Assembly (NCBI GenBank): GCA_964016885.1 | Contig: OZ024742.1 | Location: 86,676,001-86,740,000 of the forward strand | DNA: 64,000 nt | Origin: Eledone cirrhosa | Taxonomy: Eukaryota | Direction of reading: 5' to 3' | Shown: positions 26,580 through 41,362 of the stretch, one piece after another | Layout of the letters: each line of letters starts with the position of its first letter | How positions within the stretch are numbered: position 1 is the stretch's first letter | Program-made: the position numbers and the translations under genes | The notes under the pieces: model-generated | Database searches by the model: none | What the model saw: only the letters and a program-made list of their open reading frames with translations | What the model was told of the DNA's origin: nothing

Positions 26580-27218
26580 CTAACACATACTAACGTAAAA
26601 TAATCTATGGGAGTTCATGGGAAATGAATTCCTGTAAGTGACAAAAATATATGATTAATATACCAGATATTTAATACAGTTTTAGAGATTAAAGAAGCCG
26701 TGAAAAAACCTGTAATAAATTGTCTACAATATGTGCAAGCAATGCGATCACTGAAATATTATGAAGTGTATCAAAGACGTACCGTAAAATCAAAAGAGAA
26801 GAAATAAAAATGATGAGTCAGAGATGTTGTCATGGGTGTGCACTGCAGATATAGGGGAAAGGAAACGAAGTGAGGATTTTAATACTGTCAATATACTGTT
26901 AAAATATTATTACGGAAAAGAGCACAAAGGTGTGACCACAGGTCTATGAAATACACGTATGCAATTTTCGGAGCCTCAGGAAAGGTAAAATGGCTAAATT
27001 GGATTCATTAATATCTAACAGATACTGGTTAATTTAAACTTTTTCCGATAGCAGCAGATCCACAATAAGGAATTCGAGGATGGATTCTTCAAATAACATT
27101 TTGCTCTAGATTCAGGCCAGCATTTAGGGACACATGCAAAAGTCAATAAAATATATTCTCCGAAGAAGTCGCCAACAGGCAGACAACCTAACACACAGTA
27201 TGGAAGGTTGTATCAAAC

Positions 27219-27355
27219 CTTGCAACATGACTAGATGATATGACTTGTAGAGTATACACCATATGACCGATGCTATTCCGTAGAGTATTTTGTTCAATGT
27301 TTTGAACATTGGCTATCGTTTCATAGACCCCGAGAAATCCGAAATCATAACCATC
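27219..27355 (-). other. Candidate internal exon
   Basis: cag acceptor, AG/gtttga donor, open frame DGYDFGFLGVYE...SSSHVAR, phase 0 in and phase 2 out. Confidence 0.33.
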
Positions 27356-28639
27356 CTGCCTTATTAATTGAGGATATAACATGAAAGGTAAAATATAGAT
27401 TTAATTAAAGCCCAGATTCCTCATATGAAGCAGGTAAGTTACATCGAATATGAATCGTTAGGAACTTAAAGAAAAGTTTATCTGATTTTGGTCCATCAAA
27501 TTTGATTATAGTGTACGGTGTTCCTCATACACCAAAGTATGTGCACATATATGTAACACGGATGTACATATTATATAAGTAAAGGGGTATGCCGATGTGT
27601 TATCTATATGTATACAAGGAAACTATTTGAAGTGTGGGGTAGAGACTGAACATGATAAGTTCTTCAAAACAACGCTTGATAAATTGAAGAAGGAAATACG
27701 TAAAGTAGATTATCACTGGAATTACATTGGGTGCAAAATGTTGGAAGATTATGAATATGGACTGTCCCGAAACATCAGTACCAACGTGGCAACAAAAGCA
27801 TCCTGTGGTAGGAAATACAACTTCTGACGAAATATGGAAATAACTGAGAATTATATCAGGCTACGTGCTGAATTTGCAAGGATATTCTAGTATCTTCCTA
27901 CGATGTATCTTTTCTTTATACGCCTCTCGCTTTAGAGAAATGAGAACATATTGATTCAATTCTCTCTTTATGGAATTTGTTTAAATTATAGTAGTTAGTT
28001 AATGCATTTATATTTCCAGATGTATTAATTTAAAACTAAAATATATAATCTATCTCTAAGAATATGAAAAAAAAAACATTTACACCCCCTAACAATTAAA
28101 TTTATCATATTATCAATAATTTAAACGGCTCACACGCCAGCTGACTGTTGTTAAGGTTTTCAATAAATACTTCAGTATGACAGTTTCCAACGAATCTAAT
28201 TTGTCAGTGAATATTTATGAATACTTTCCAATTGAAATATATTTCACTGTCACATTTTTTACTCTCTTATTTTTTTAATATGTTTAACTGATTATGTTTT
28301 CTTTTATTTGTGAATTCGCCTCAAATATGTTTCATGCTGGATTGAATAAGCACACTTTCATTTAAGGAAGTTTTCACTTTTTCTCCTTTTCTCGTTGTTT
28401 GCATTTAGAACTAATAATTTTCCTGTCAAAAGCTTCCAATGGAGATTTTCGTAACAAAAAAAAAAAAAAAAAAAAAAAAACGAAAAAAAAAACAGAGAAA
28501 AATTTCTATTTAATTTCTAAGTGCTAAATCTGTTCTAAAACGTAGATAATCTTCACATCCAATCAGATATCAATTCCATGAAGTGTTAAATAAAGTAAAT
28601 TACACGGTTGACGAATGAACGTAATACCTATCCATCACA

Positions 28640-28945
28640 AGCTTAACACCAAGCTCTGGTCCATCTCATTTTTCCGCCGATTGAAGTGGAGCTTCTTAAT
28701 TGACCTACCAGTTCCTAGACCTCATTCAATTTAAGTGTTTGGTGTAACTTGTCAAATCGTACCTAATAAATAATGTTTCTATTGACATTTCCATTGTTGA
28801 TACTATCTACGGGTCGCAACTCCTGGTAGAATGCGCAACGTGAAATATATTTTCTTCCCGAAAGACCTAATGCTTCACCTGGTTCGAAAATCGAATTCTC
28901 AATGTCACTTTTGCGAATCCAATTCCCTAACCATTAAGCCATATC
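28640..28945 (-). mobile_element. Decayed tRNA-derived SINE (CORE-type)
   Basis: Ends ccctaaccattaagcca (reverse A-box tggcttaatggttaggg) with a B-box-like segment. Confidence 0.5.
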
Positions 28946-28962
28946 TGCTGCCAACACCGTAC

Positions 28963-29377
28963 CTGTACACTTAACGTGCCATTTAATTTGATCCACTTCG
29001 ATACTTGCAAATGCTCATGAATTGTAAAGTGAAATAGTCGCTGTCTGTCAAACACGTCCTTTCCGCGTGGTGTTTCCTTGACTGAGATGGACTCATAGGT
29101 CAAGCGAAGGCCGATGCTCGGAACCTGATATCTGCCCAAGGAAGAACTGGCGGATGGGACTGCCCAAGATGCACGTTGAGCGAGGCAACCGTTCTGCAGA
29201 ACGTCATTCGGTTTTTGTCTATCGGTGATTCGTAGACATTTGTTGAATAGCTTTTGTCGAATGGAGAGCAAATCTGGCTGTCATCCGACGCCATCGTTAA
29301 GTTCATGCCACCGTCATTATCTTATTGCCATGGTCCGAGCGTTTCCGCTGTGACATGCCTATTGAGTTGTAGGTTGC
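28963..29377 (-). pseudogene. Candidate frameshifted exon of a host gene
   Basis: Strong polypyrimidine acceptor (ctttctttctgtc..aacag), CAG/gtacgg donor, GC-richer unique sequence, but no single open frame. Confidence 0.35.
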
Positions 29378-29986
29378 CTGTTGATTAAGACAGAAATTAA
29401 GACAGAAAGAAAGACACATTACCATTCAGCCTAGACTTCATAGACATTTTCAAATTCCAACCAGAAAGAATTATGAAACTTACAAGGGAAATACATTTGT
29501 AAACTAATTTTGAACGTTTCAAAATGACCTGAGTGAATTAATGTACTCGATTTTTGAACATGTACGCTGCAGAAAATACAATATTTTCTCTTAACACCTT
29601 GCGGCCCACATGGTTAGTTTGAGAGTAGATTGTATAAATTCATGGCCTAGGGTCGTTCTTCACTCAAGGGCACTTGTTCTCTTACATCAAGACATAAGCG
29701 ATACCCGTGCCAGCCGTCAGTGAGACGACAATTTCCGACACGCACGCACTAGCTCCTTATTGATGACTTTGAAGGGCAGTACTGTTATGAAATGTCCTAG
29801 ATCTCTATGAACGAATGATTTTCCTGTACCCATACGTCACGTTGGTGATCCTATAAATGGGGTGTTTTTGACTGGTAGCCATCAATAGAATGTCTCCTCT
29901 TTTAAAGTTAGCACGTGCCCGAAATGGCATCTTAGATGCATGTTTAGACAGTGATGGAATAGCTGATAGGAGCAAGTGTTTTCTAA

Positions 29987-30148
29987 ATAATTGTTTCTAC
30001 TGTTGGCACAAGGCCAGCAATAACCCAGTACATTACTGGTACTATATTTTATCGACCCCGTAAGGATGAAAGGCAAAGTTAACCTCTGCGGGACGTAACT
30101 ATGATAGAAAGCCTGACGTCCGCCCCTCTAAAGATACTGCCAATTCAC
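29987..30148 (-). mobile_element. tRNA-derived SINE with ctttgcctttcatcc..gtcgataaaat..gtaccag core (MetaSINE-like)
   Basis: Core and ggccttgtgcc tail recur at 35893-36050, ~26000-26090, 9465-9510; head fragment at 46512. Confidence 0.75.
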
Positions 30149-31329
30149 AATAATATTTACATATAATGTTCATTATGTTAACAGAAAGGGATAGCAGAAC
30201 AGGAAGATTAATGCCTCGTTCTTCAGAAAAAGTATTAGCACATCAGTTAAGAAAGAATTGAGAGGGGCCATCATCAATAGGTGCTGGTGGAATAGCATAA
30301 GACCCATTAGAATAAAACAAATTGATTCTATTAAAGAAATAGTAACACGAAAAATAGCAGGGGCTTGGGTAGTATATAAGTTAATAGAAGCGATTAGGAG
30401 TGAAATTTCAATCGACGTGCCAGCTTCAAGTATGACACTAACCATTTTTTTCAGAGCGAAATGTCAAAGTTACATTTTCAGAGCTAACCCTCCTACACTA
30501 CGAAGCGAAAGAAAGAAAAAATGTTTGATGGGTCAGAGTGGATGATATGTAGTGTGATAAAAAAAAACACTGTTTAGTCTTTGAGGGATCGAAACTCACG
30601 AGTACCGCTGGTCATCAAGTATTTACGTATATGCGGTTTTTCAGCAAAAGTTTGCACAACTGTTTGAGGCAAACGGTTTTACGGTGAGGGTAGTGGAGAC
30701 GGAGGGTATGTGTAAACATGGCTTCAGTGACACTCTGATTTATATAAATTATACAAAGCAGCTCGTTTTTGCTCCGTCTTCAGTGGCTGGAATGGTGGCC
30801 TTTACAGCTGCATGTGCTGTGTGATCAAAGTAAATGGCCACCACTGGAAAGCAAACTTGGTCATGCGGTTGGTCCATCAAGGATGCCCTCTGTATATGCA
30901 CTGAAGCTCAAAGCACAGCCCATTACTAATCGGGGAATGTGGTCATTGAAAAAATCCCCTTTGGCGTTCTATAGAGGATGTTACTGTCATCACCGTCTGT
31001 CGTAAATGTCCAATTCTTCACTAAGTCTCATTTTTCCTACAATTCAATCTATGGAGATTGGAAGGAAAAGTAAGACATTAGTCGTTGAGCAGAAACTCAT
31101 TATCTCATATATGTTTTTAGTAATTTATGAGGTGTGCTAGGCATATGCAGTCTACGTATACAAAATGGGTAACGGGGATGGTGCAACAGTGTATATAATA
31201 TAAATACTAATTAACTAGCACCACATCTGCTAATTATATGTAAACTAATACGACAATTTTAGAACACTACTAAGGAAAAGGGTGCATATATGCCCATACA
31301 ATATGTTTCATGGTGGTTGTTGTGATAAT

Positions 31330-32253
31330 TCACACACCTTCTGGTGCGGATCCAGCTAGGTTAGAAAATTCATTTTAAGAATGGTTTAAGTGATGCGGGA
31401 GCAACAAGCTGGATTCCAGCCCAGACACTCCTTTGCAAATCAAATGTTTAATCCATTCCCTATCATCGAGAAATACAATGAATTCCAAATGCCACTGTCC
31501 TTCACATTCTTTGACTTTACTAAAGCTTGCGAGGTTATGTCATAACACACAAGGTTATCCTAGCCTTCAAAGATTTATAGAGTGGTTCAAAATGCTGTGT
31601 GATTACTGTGGCTGAGTATAGTTTGTGGTTTGAATTCATCAGAGGAGACCTTAAATGATGCACGCTTACTCCAATGCCCGTTTCTTTGGCCATCGACTGC
31701 ATTCTCAAAAGGGACACATAAGATAAATAGATTGAATAGAAGCACCCAGATACGTACTTTGGAGATGATGCTGCGGTTATGACCCAAAATACACACAACT
31801 TGCAGTACATGATAAGATAGCGTCATCTCTGCAGCCAGTATCGGTCTACATATCAGAGCCAAATAAGTAAAACATATACTTGTTGGTATTCTTCATCACT
31901 ACCAAATGTTTACACAAAATACTTGACATCAAGTGGGATAGCTTCATCGGCAACAAATATATTCATCAACGAACCCACGCAACAGCATGCGAAAGTGTCG
32001 ACTTGGCTTGTTGGGATACGTCTCACGACCACCAACTGTGAGACATGCTAATCAGGACCAGTATTGGTAACACCATGGAAAGACGCAAAGAGGATAACCA
32101 TAGATGAATTGACAACATCAAATCGACAGATACCTGAAAACTGTCAACATAAGCTGGAAGGATGTATTCATAGAGCAACTGATTGTGCCACTGAAGCAGG
32201 TCGGCGGCCTAATGCGTCTCAAGACGTGAGAGCTTCTAAGTCTACGTAAGTTA
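31330..32253 (+). mobile_element. Decayed RTE-clade LINE
   Basis: MREQQAGFQP..IIEKYNEFQMPL..FFDFTKA; 3' end gcctaatgcg..taagt. Confidence 0.7.
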
Positions 32254-32795
32254 CATGCCTGCATATTGGCGCTTACACCCACTCTAGATGCATACACATA
32301 AACACTGAAGTTCTTGAAATTGCTACGTGCGATATAATTTATTCCAAAGCTTTTAATGTTTATCTATAATAGGATTTAAAGAAGAAATAGAAATATTATG
32401 AAACACATTTTAAAATGCGACAAGTTATATAAATATCAGTGTACTGGAATTGAGACAGCATATCTATGAAATGCATGAAAGTATCTACGAATGTTTCCGT
32501 TAATTATTCCTTTGAGCACCACAGCAGATATATAAAGTAATTGGATCCCATCAACCGCTAAAATAGCAACACAAATCAATATTAATGTATATGATTATAG
32601 TTTTGTGGTTCATTGGTTTATTTTAACTAGCACAGCTGATATCATGTTATAAAACTACCATCATTGTATATTGATACCTATTGATAAAATCATATATAAC
32701 ATTAAAAATATTTGAACGTGTATTATATGACAAAAGTATAAATATTGTATTTTTGTATTGATTCTAGGCATAAAAGTATACAGAGACATACATAG

Positions 32796-32874
<79 letters not shown>

Positions 32875-32893
32875 TGTGTGCAGTTGTGTGTGC

Positions 32894-32940
<47 letters not shown>

Positions 32941-32942
32941 TG

Positions 32943-33016
<74 letters not shown>

Positions 33017-33019
<3 letters not shown>

Positions 33020-35250
33020 ATAATCGGGACCCTAACGGCTGAACTCCGGCGGTTTAGAGAGCTAGATCTGAACTGAAGTCGATTGTATGTTTCCGCATGG
33101 TGTGTTAAAAATCTAATATGAAAAAGGAGCTTGGTAGTAGTGCCGGGATTTAAGTGTGCTATAGGTCGAAGAGTCCTCCACTATGGAAGTAGGAGCTAAC
33201 GAACACAGAGGGTGTGCTAAGATACCAGTTGGACTATAACTCACGAGACTATTCAATACTTAATGTAGTAGAGTGGGTAATATGAAAAGAGCAGCAAAAA
33301 AGCAGAAAAACCGTAAGAAATTGTTTTTCCTGTCTTTCTCCGGGAGTGGTCAATGATCTTGTTTAAGAATATTCAGTATGAAAGGAATACAACTTTCATT
33401 CAGTTCGCTATTGAGAACTACTACGCAGCTACTACTCAACCACCACTTAGGGCAGATTTGGATTACGAAAAAATTATTACACCCATTAGAGACAAGGAAA
33501 TTGAAATCATATTCCATGCCAGGAAGACCGTCTTACTCTTCGAAAGTTCCACTTGGATAAAAAGAGCTCCAGACTCTCATTTCGACTGATTCGGATGAGG
33601 TTAAGGACCTTAATATGACTATACATATTCCAGAAACTTGTTGAAAAGTTACCTGCATTCGCCAGAGATGACGAGCTTGTTATCCTCACAGGGTATAACC
33701 CCCAGTAGCACGGACTGGTTCTGTTAAACATCTCAAACATTCTTCTGAGAATTGGCTTTCAATATCGCCCTACAATTGTCCCTTACCCGTGTTAACTTTT
33801 ATGGATGTAACAATTAATCTGGAGAACAATTTGTGCTAACCCTACAGGAAACCAAAACGTGAATTTATACTATATCAATCGCTTCTCCAACTATTCAAGA
33901 AATATTACCAATAACTAAGTAAAAATTATCTCCCCCCACAATGGAGCAGAACTTCTTTTAACACGTGCTTTACTACAACCACGCCCTCAAAAGTAGCGGT
34001 TTCAGGAAGGATATTTCTTATTACCCAGGGCCGTAGTAGCACATCCAGCATGCGACGCTGCCGCTCACGCCACGTAATGTGGTTCAATACTCTCTATAAT
34101 GCTGAGGTCGCAACACCAGTTGGGAAGATCATCTTCAGACTTCTCGATAAACATGTCCCGCCCCAACGCCGGTATCACAATATCATCAATAGAAACACTG
34201 TTAAATTTTCGTACAGACTTACATCCAACTTTCAAAAAAACATCGCTTCACCTCACAATATAACATTCCTCTCTAACAGAAACAACATCGATATTAGCGG
34301 TGAGCAAATTAGAAGTTGCGACTGTTTGGATAGTTCATCATGCCCATCAACAACAGATGGTGCAAAAAGGACGGAACACAACAATAAGGCCTGTATTGAA
34401 TTAACCGTTGCGAGTTTAAGACCCAGTACTACCAACACCAACATTCATTTAGAAACCCGGTTGCTGACACGCTACGGCACTTTCTGGACTGATTTGGGAC
34501 ATCAAAGTCAACAATATTACTAATCATCTAACGGGGAACCTACTTTCGAAGGTAAAATCTTTCTCGGGAGGACGCCGTCCGTGCAATTTATGGTCAGAGG
34601 AAACGATCCAGATGCTGTTTGCAGAGGGCCAATTGTTAAACAAAAAGGATGAACTCGTTACCTCGTGTAAACACAGAATGTTCAGGACATTTCATACCTT
34701 CAAACACCCTCATGACCCTGATGAGTATATCTTGGTGTTCTGTCCTTCACAATTACATACTAAGACAGAGAAAACCCCTAGCATTCTTAGGTAGTAATAT
34801 AAATTGATCTTTGCTATTAGCACATTCTAAATATCCTTAGGTGGATCTTTGCATATTTACACTATTGTAAACGGTTCCTAATCTCCCTTAGGTAAATACT
34901 GAATCTTTTCATTCTTGCTAAAATACACATATTGTCTTATGGAACCAGCCGAATAGATAGCTACGATACCTTACTAGACCTATTACTCGTAGTTTAAGGA
35001 CCATGCAAAAACTTATTCGTAGACATTACCGGACCGCTGCTATGGATTTAAAGTCTGTTGGCAGATAAACTTGTATTATACTAGCGCTATGCTCTACCAA
35101 TAACTAGAGCGTCAGACTCGTTAAAGAAATCGATTAGCCAACCTACAATATTTGTTTTCTTTTTGCTAATGTATGCCGATAGCTTTGACATAAATGTTAA
35201 ATTGACATTTTTAGGGTTTGAGGAATTTACTTTGCTATATAATCTTAGCT
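33017..35250 (+). mobile_element. Decayed PLE with inverted pseudo-LTR pieces at the 5' side
   Basis: FIQFAIENYY..HARKTVLLF, WFN..TPVGKIIF..DKH, LLNKKDELVTSCKHR; related to 58346-62161. Confidence 0.8.
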
Positions 35251-35683
35251 TATTTACAACAGTAATAGAGCAGATATGGTTAGTACTATCATTAAGACTA
35301 AGCGTGGTATTTTTAGGGTATTTGAAAATATAGGCTTTAGTGTAATTGATAACTAGATTTGTTTTTGAGGAACTGAATTAGTAAAAAATATAAATGCTTA
35401 GCTTTTTAGCAAAGTGTTACATAAAACAAACTTGATTTAAATACACTACGCAATACACTTTCATTTATATATGCAGAAAATATTTTTTTTCTCTCGTTTG
35501 TTTTTTGTTTTTCCCTTTCTATTAGAGTTAAGCATAATACCGATTCTATAGATTAGAAATATTTGTTTAGGATAAAATCTTACCACCCCTCTCTCTCTTT
35601 CTCAGTATATATAAATGATATTAATAAATGTAAACTATATTTATAAAACCATATTTATTCTATTATATATATTTCAAAGGTAC

Positions 35684-35810
<127 letters not shown>

Positions 35811-35892
35811 GGGGTGGGGGTGGGTGAGTGTATGTGTGTATGTGTGTGTGCGTATGTGTGTGTGTGTGTGTGTGTGTTTGTGTGCGTGTGCG

Positions 35893-36050
35893 TTACTGGT
35901 ACTTTATTTTATCGACCACGTAAGGATGAAAGGCGAAGTTAACCTCCGCGTTATCTTTGCCTTTCATCCTTACGGGATCGATAAAATAAAGTACCAGTAA
36001 TGCACTGCATAATTGCTGGCCTTGTGCCAAAAAGTAGAAACAATTATTAT
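35893..36050. mobile_element. SINE core fold-back hairpin (51-bp arms, 6-nt loop) plus SINE tail
   Basis: 35893-35943 is the reverse complement of 35950-36000 with about 4 mismatches. Confidence 0.85.
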
Positions 36051-36589
36051 GCAAATGGAGTAAGGAGGATATGTACTCGTCGTACCCGAATAGACACACG
36101 TACACAATACACACGCACTCACAAGCACACACGCACACACACACACACACACGCATGCAGTTACTACTTCTTCCATGTTCTCTCTCATCTAATATATATA
36201 TAAGTGAATTGTAAACTTGATAAATTCTCTGAACTGACATTTTAGATTTATTTCTCTCATATAGATATCCTCTAGATATCTATATCCATTCGATCAGGAA
36301 ATATCTTTACATAATCAGCTATTTTGCATTGTCCGAATCTACCGTTACCATGTGTTCATATGCATGACATATAGAATTGTTAAGCAGTCGATTTAATCTA
36401 TAGTGTAAAACTAGTTTCATGGCACAGTTTAACATTATTGAATCGTGAGCAATAGAAAAACTGTTATATATAAAATACTCTGATTGCTCAACTAGTTGGC
36501 ATGTTACTAACGGAAATATCTTACATAAATATATAGATAGACATGTTGGAATATATTCATGAAATAGTTTGAGTATATGACAGCTTAAT

Positions 36590-36652
<63 letters not shown>

Positions 36653-36889
36653 AAATGTTACAGCATCATAAATGAGGATAGAAAAAGGAGGTATAAAGAG
36701 AAGCGATAATGAGTATTATTTGCAAAAAACGGATGCATAGATGCTCGATTCTTGTGTAATCAGGGTTAAATATTAGAGGAGTTAATATTTAGTTCCCGAA
36801 GGTTATGAGCCAAATATTTAGTGCAGAGAGGTTATAAGCTAAAATATTAATAAAAGAGTTGCAAGCCGTTAAAACATATTTATATAAAG

Positions 36890-36927
36890 CTCTTACATAT
36901 GTTTCCCCCGATGGGGTTCTTCTGAGG
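36890..36927 (-). ncRNA. Minimal hammerhead motif (mirror copy at 38919-38957 on +)
   Basis: cagaaga-acccc atc gggg-gaaac-atat-gta-ag; sister copy cggaaga-gcccc att agggc-gaaac. Confidence 0.55.
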
Positions 36928-38018
36928 CAATTATAGAAGTAAATTATTTAATAAAGTACCCTGTACGGGTAGAAACATATTGTAACATCTGAATGCATTA
37001 TTCCATATAGAACAATGACGGAAAAGTCATTGTGCTCTAAGGGAAGTAATTACCGGTGCAATGTAGAGTTATCTGTCAAACTAATAACCGCTACCGATAG
37101 CGTAAGAACATGTTATTTATTATTACAAGGAGTTAATTTAATTATGGTTTGTTAACTCAATTTAATGAGGCAGTGTTAAGGTATGAGTATGAGTATCAAT
37201 TATGAGTGAAGTCATTAAAGACCATACACAAATTTTGTTAGTATAAAGTTGCAAGTTCAGTGTCGTCCTAAAAGCCTAGAAAGGTGAAGACACTTTACAT
37301 GGAATCTGTATAATTATATTATCAGTTCTCTAAAGAGTTGATTGGGTTAAGCGGCGATTCTGTAAAATTACACAAAGATCAGTCTAGCAGTGTGGAATAA
37401 TATAGCGTGGTAAGTCGAGCCGAATATATGCAGTGCAGCACAGAAGGTGGATGATGGTGTTGCTCCAAGTTGTTTAATAGTAAGTCCACCGTAGTATGTC
37501 CATCCAGGGTGTAGTGTTGGAAACACCAGGTGTTATGGTGGTTAAGTATTGTCGGGGTCCATCTATAGAAAGATTGTTTCAGTCTATGGCCGCAGGTGAT
37601 GACAGTTTCAGCCCGACCATTTATGAGGGCCTGGGGCGCTTCCACTATATTGTATAGTTCCATTAGGCAGAGTTGGCAGCTTTTTTTTAAGTTGTAAGGT
37701 GTTGCCTGGTTCACAATTTCCCAGTAAGTGGTGAAGCTACTGTTTGAGTCATTTAATAGGGTGATATATTTAGCTAGGGACGTAGAGTATTTAAGCTTCT
37801 TATTCCTAAAAGCGTGTAGGTGTGCTCGAAATCTGGTCTTGAACGACCCAGAGGTAGCTTCTATGTAATACTTAACACTATTATGACTAGTAACAGTACA
37901 TCTATCGATAACATTTTAGTGAGGCAGTAGCCTCGGGGTGGTCAGTTTGGAGGGTTACGACAATTGCAATATGTATTACGGTCACCCCTAAGGTGGTGAG
38001 TGTTGGTATTAATCATAG

Positions 38019-38090
38019 GTCCTGTACTATCCTTAATGTCTACTTTGTGTAAACCCTTGTGGTTAATAAAGAAAGCATTATTATTATTAT
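38019..38090 (+). mobile_element. ~60-bp Tx1 3' tip plus (TTA)n inserted inside the PLE
   Basis: ccttaatgtctactttgtgtaaacccttgtggttaataaagaaagcattatta is the reverse complement of 5790-5850. Confidence 0.8.
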
Positions 38091-39010
38091 CATCATCACC
38101 ACAGCTATTATTATTGTAGTCGGTATTATTATAGCTATGAACACGCGAAGTGGTGACATGCCCACGTCTCATGCTACAGCGTCTTCTACAGCCGTTGTTA
38201 GAGTTGTTACGGTTACTAACCCTGTCGTCAGTCTCACTACTGGTGCAACAATTAGTTTCTAGTGTGGTGCTATTTTGTAAATTGCTGCTAATACTAGGAT
38301 ACCCATCCTGGTTACTACCGACGTTATCGTGTGGGGCTAAATAATTGTTGAGGTTAAATGAGTTGTCATATTCCCTAAAATTGACATTACTAGGATGCAG
38401 TATACTAGTGAATCTGTTGTAGTTACTTATTGCTATGAGGTCGGCTAGATTAGGTGTAGTAGATTAGGAGATTTGTACGTTATTCTTATTGAGGATATTT
38501 CTGTACATATGGTTAGGTGGGAAGTTTTTCTCTAAGGCTACGAAGAAGCTTCTAGGTAAATTGGAGGCCACACTCCGAGAATAGCGTGGATGGAACCAAA
38601 GAACATTACGGCGGCGGTTACGCGTAGTTCTGAACTTGCAACTTTACACTAACTAAATGTGTGTATAGTCTTTAATGACTTTACTAATAATTGATACACA
38701 TACTCATACCTTAACACTGCCTCATTAAATTGAGTTAACAAACCATAATTAAATTAACTCCTTGTAATAATAAATAACATTTTCTTACAATGTCGGTAGT
38801 GGTCAAGTAACTCTACATTGCACGTGTAATTACCTCACTTAGAGCACAATGACTTTTCCTTCATTTTTCTATACGGAATAATGCAGGCTACTTTATTAAG
38901 TACTTTGCCTTTATAATTGCCTCGGAAGAGCCCCATTAGGCGAAACATACTTAAGATCGTTATATAAATATGTTTTTTATCGGCTTGCAACTCTTTCATT
39001 AATATTTTCG

Positions 39011-39080
<70 letters not shown>

Positions 39081-39249
39081 CGTGTGTGTGTGTATGTGTG
39101 TGGGTGTGTGTGTGTGTGTGTGAGTGTATGTGTGTGTGCGTGTGTTCATATATATATATATATACATATGTGTGTGTGTGTGTTTTGTGTGTGTGTGCGT
39201 GTGTGTGTGTGTTTATATATATATATACAATTTATATATGTTAGGTTAT

Positions 39250-40090
39250 GGTGTATTCTTATCTCCATTTGCTAAAAGACCATTAGGCTAGTGTGGTCTC
39301 CTTTGGCGAACTACATTCTTCGAACCAGCTGACACGCATTTCCCTCATGTCATCACGTATTGGAATGTGCCATGGCTTCAAATACCTGACTCATTTTCTC
39401 CGTCATATATCTACTATCCTGTCTTTGGCTGTCCTTGCTGATATGTCCCAGAACATGCCCTAGAAGATCCCTCCATGTAGCCTTGTTAATACATTGTAGT
39501 ATAAGTAGGCCATCTCTACTCCAGATTTCTTTGTTTATTATGTGGACACACCTGGTGATCATCAGAATATTTCTGAAACAGGTGATATATATATATTTCA
39601 CCACATTTCACACACTCTGTTTTTGACCCTGATTTACTTGCATTCAAAACTGTAGGAATGGCAATTGGTGAGTTCAAGCTCGTTTGAAATATGAGCGGAG
39701 TTAGTGAGCAATGTTTGCAGCACTTCTTCAGAAACAACGAGAGACAACGATTTCGGTAACCTGCAATAGAAATGTGATAGTACGCCTGCAACAGGTTCGA
39801 ATGAAAACCGAAAGGAATCCTTATTTTGATAAGTAAAAACTTCAACCATAAAACCACAAGTATCAACCCATATAATGTTCGCGCATTATTCCAAAGTTGG
39901 AATTTGGAAGAGGTATTCAAAGAAATGAAAACATATCACCAGTATATATTTGGCATCAGTTAGACATGTCATAGAGGTCAGCATCACTTCATCATTTGCA
40001 ATGTATCGTGTCTTTAATCTGGAAATATAAAGGAAACAGTTCATGTTGTTAGTATCAGGGGTGCAAATAAAGCGGTCCTATGATGTATAA
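39250..40090. mobile_element. Decayed RTE-like fragments in opposite orientations
   Basis: Minus LLGHVLGH 3' region; plus NVRALFQ..LEEVFKEMK..IFGIS resembling the APE N-terminus. Confidence 0.5.
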
Positions 40091-40218
40091 CACTGAGCTA
40101 CATTTTTATAATGGAATATTCGATATTATGTTCGAAAAGTGACATTTGTGCAAGTCTATTCATCAACTGAGTTGATCGAGAAGAAAAGTAAATTCTGTGA
40201 TCAGCTACATGATGTGTT

Positions 40219-40257
<39 letters not shown>

Positions 40258-40549
40258 TATAGCCTATCTAATATGTTTTGTACCGGTTAAGTTAAATTCA
40301 TTGTGTCTTATGTGAGCAAAGTAGGTAGTACGGTCGCTACCTCTCATCGTTAGTAATCTCATACCATTTTCATTTGTGACTCGCTAGAACAATGCGGTCC
40401 AACACGATATCTAACACATCATGTAGCTGATCACAGAATTTACTTTTCTTCTCGATCACCTCAGAGCTCAAGCCGTTCAGACGGCTATTTCTGGACTCAG
40501 AAATAGCCGTTGAAACGGCTTGAACTCTGCCGTCCGTCGGGGTCATACT

Positions 40550-41294
40550 GTAACTGTCACCTCCCAGATAGGTGCCCATTGGCGAACAGATGTCTCGATT
40601 CGAGCCTGGTGTACATGTGCATTGTCATCTCGGGTAACTCCACCTGGAATTACATGGGATCCACCGCGGGTTCTTTTAAGAAAAGATGGTATATGCACAG
40701 GCACTCAATGAAAAACCGTGCACTTATGGGTTCCACAACCCTCGCCAAAAAAATATGGGAATTGAAGGACAGCAACACTAACTACAGTATCAACTGGTCG
40801 AAGTTGTCGGCTGCTAAAACCTATAGTACAGGGATGTCCCATTGCGGGCAATGTGATCTTGAGCTATTGTATATCCTTAGAAATGTTAAAAGGCTACTTA
40901 ACAATAAGTTAGAAAGATCTATCTTCTGCAGACATAGAATAGCCACTAAATTCATAAGATTCAAACCTCCGTGAATCGAACCAACATAACATAGCTTTAA
41001 ATTAGGATACCTACTATCCACAGAAATATATTCATTAAGTATACTATATCCTTCACAAGTCTATACCACACAATTGTCTGTAAGTACCTCATCTACCAAC
41101 AATCTTAATCCTTCTCAGCTGCTGCCATCATTTGATCCTAAATCCTAGTTTTTCTCATTTCACTACTAGAATGTTACTTTACCTTCTTTTTGCCATATTT
41201 ACAATTAGCACGCTTATCTCTTTGCATGTATGTATATTTTTGTACGAGTGTATATTGATGTGTATGTATGTGTCTATGTACACATGCATGTGTA

Positions 41295-41362
<68 letters not shown>

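Larger units (their letters stand above)
36650..39012 (-). mobile_element. 5'-truncated PLE with ~400-bp inverted pseudo-LTRs
   Basis: Minus-strand LWFHPRYS, GIY-YIG region, CQLCLME..CGHR; 36835-37260 inverted relative to 38630-39012; (TA)n flanks. Confidence 0.85.
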
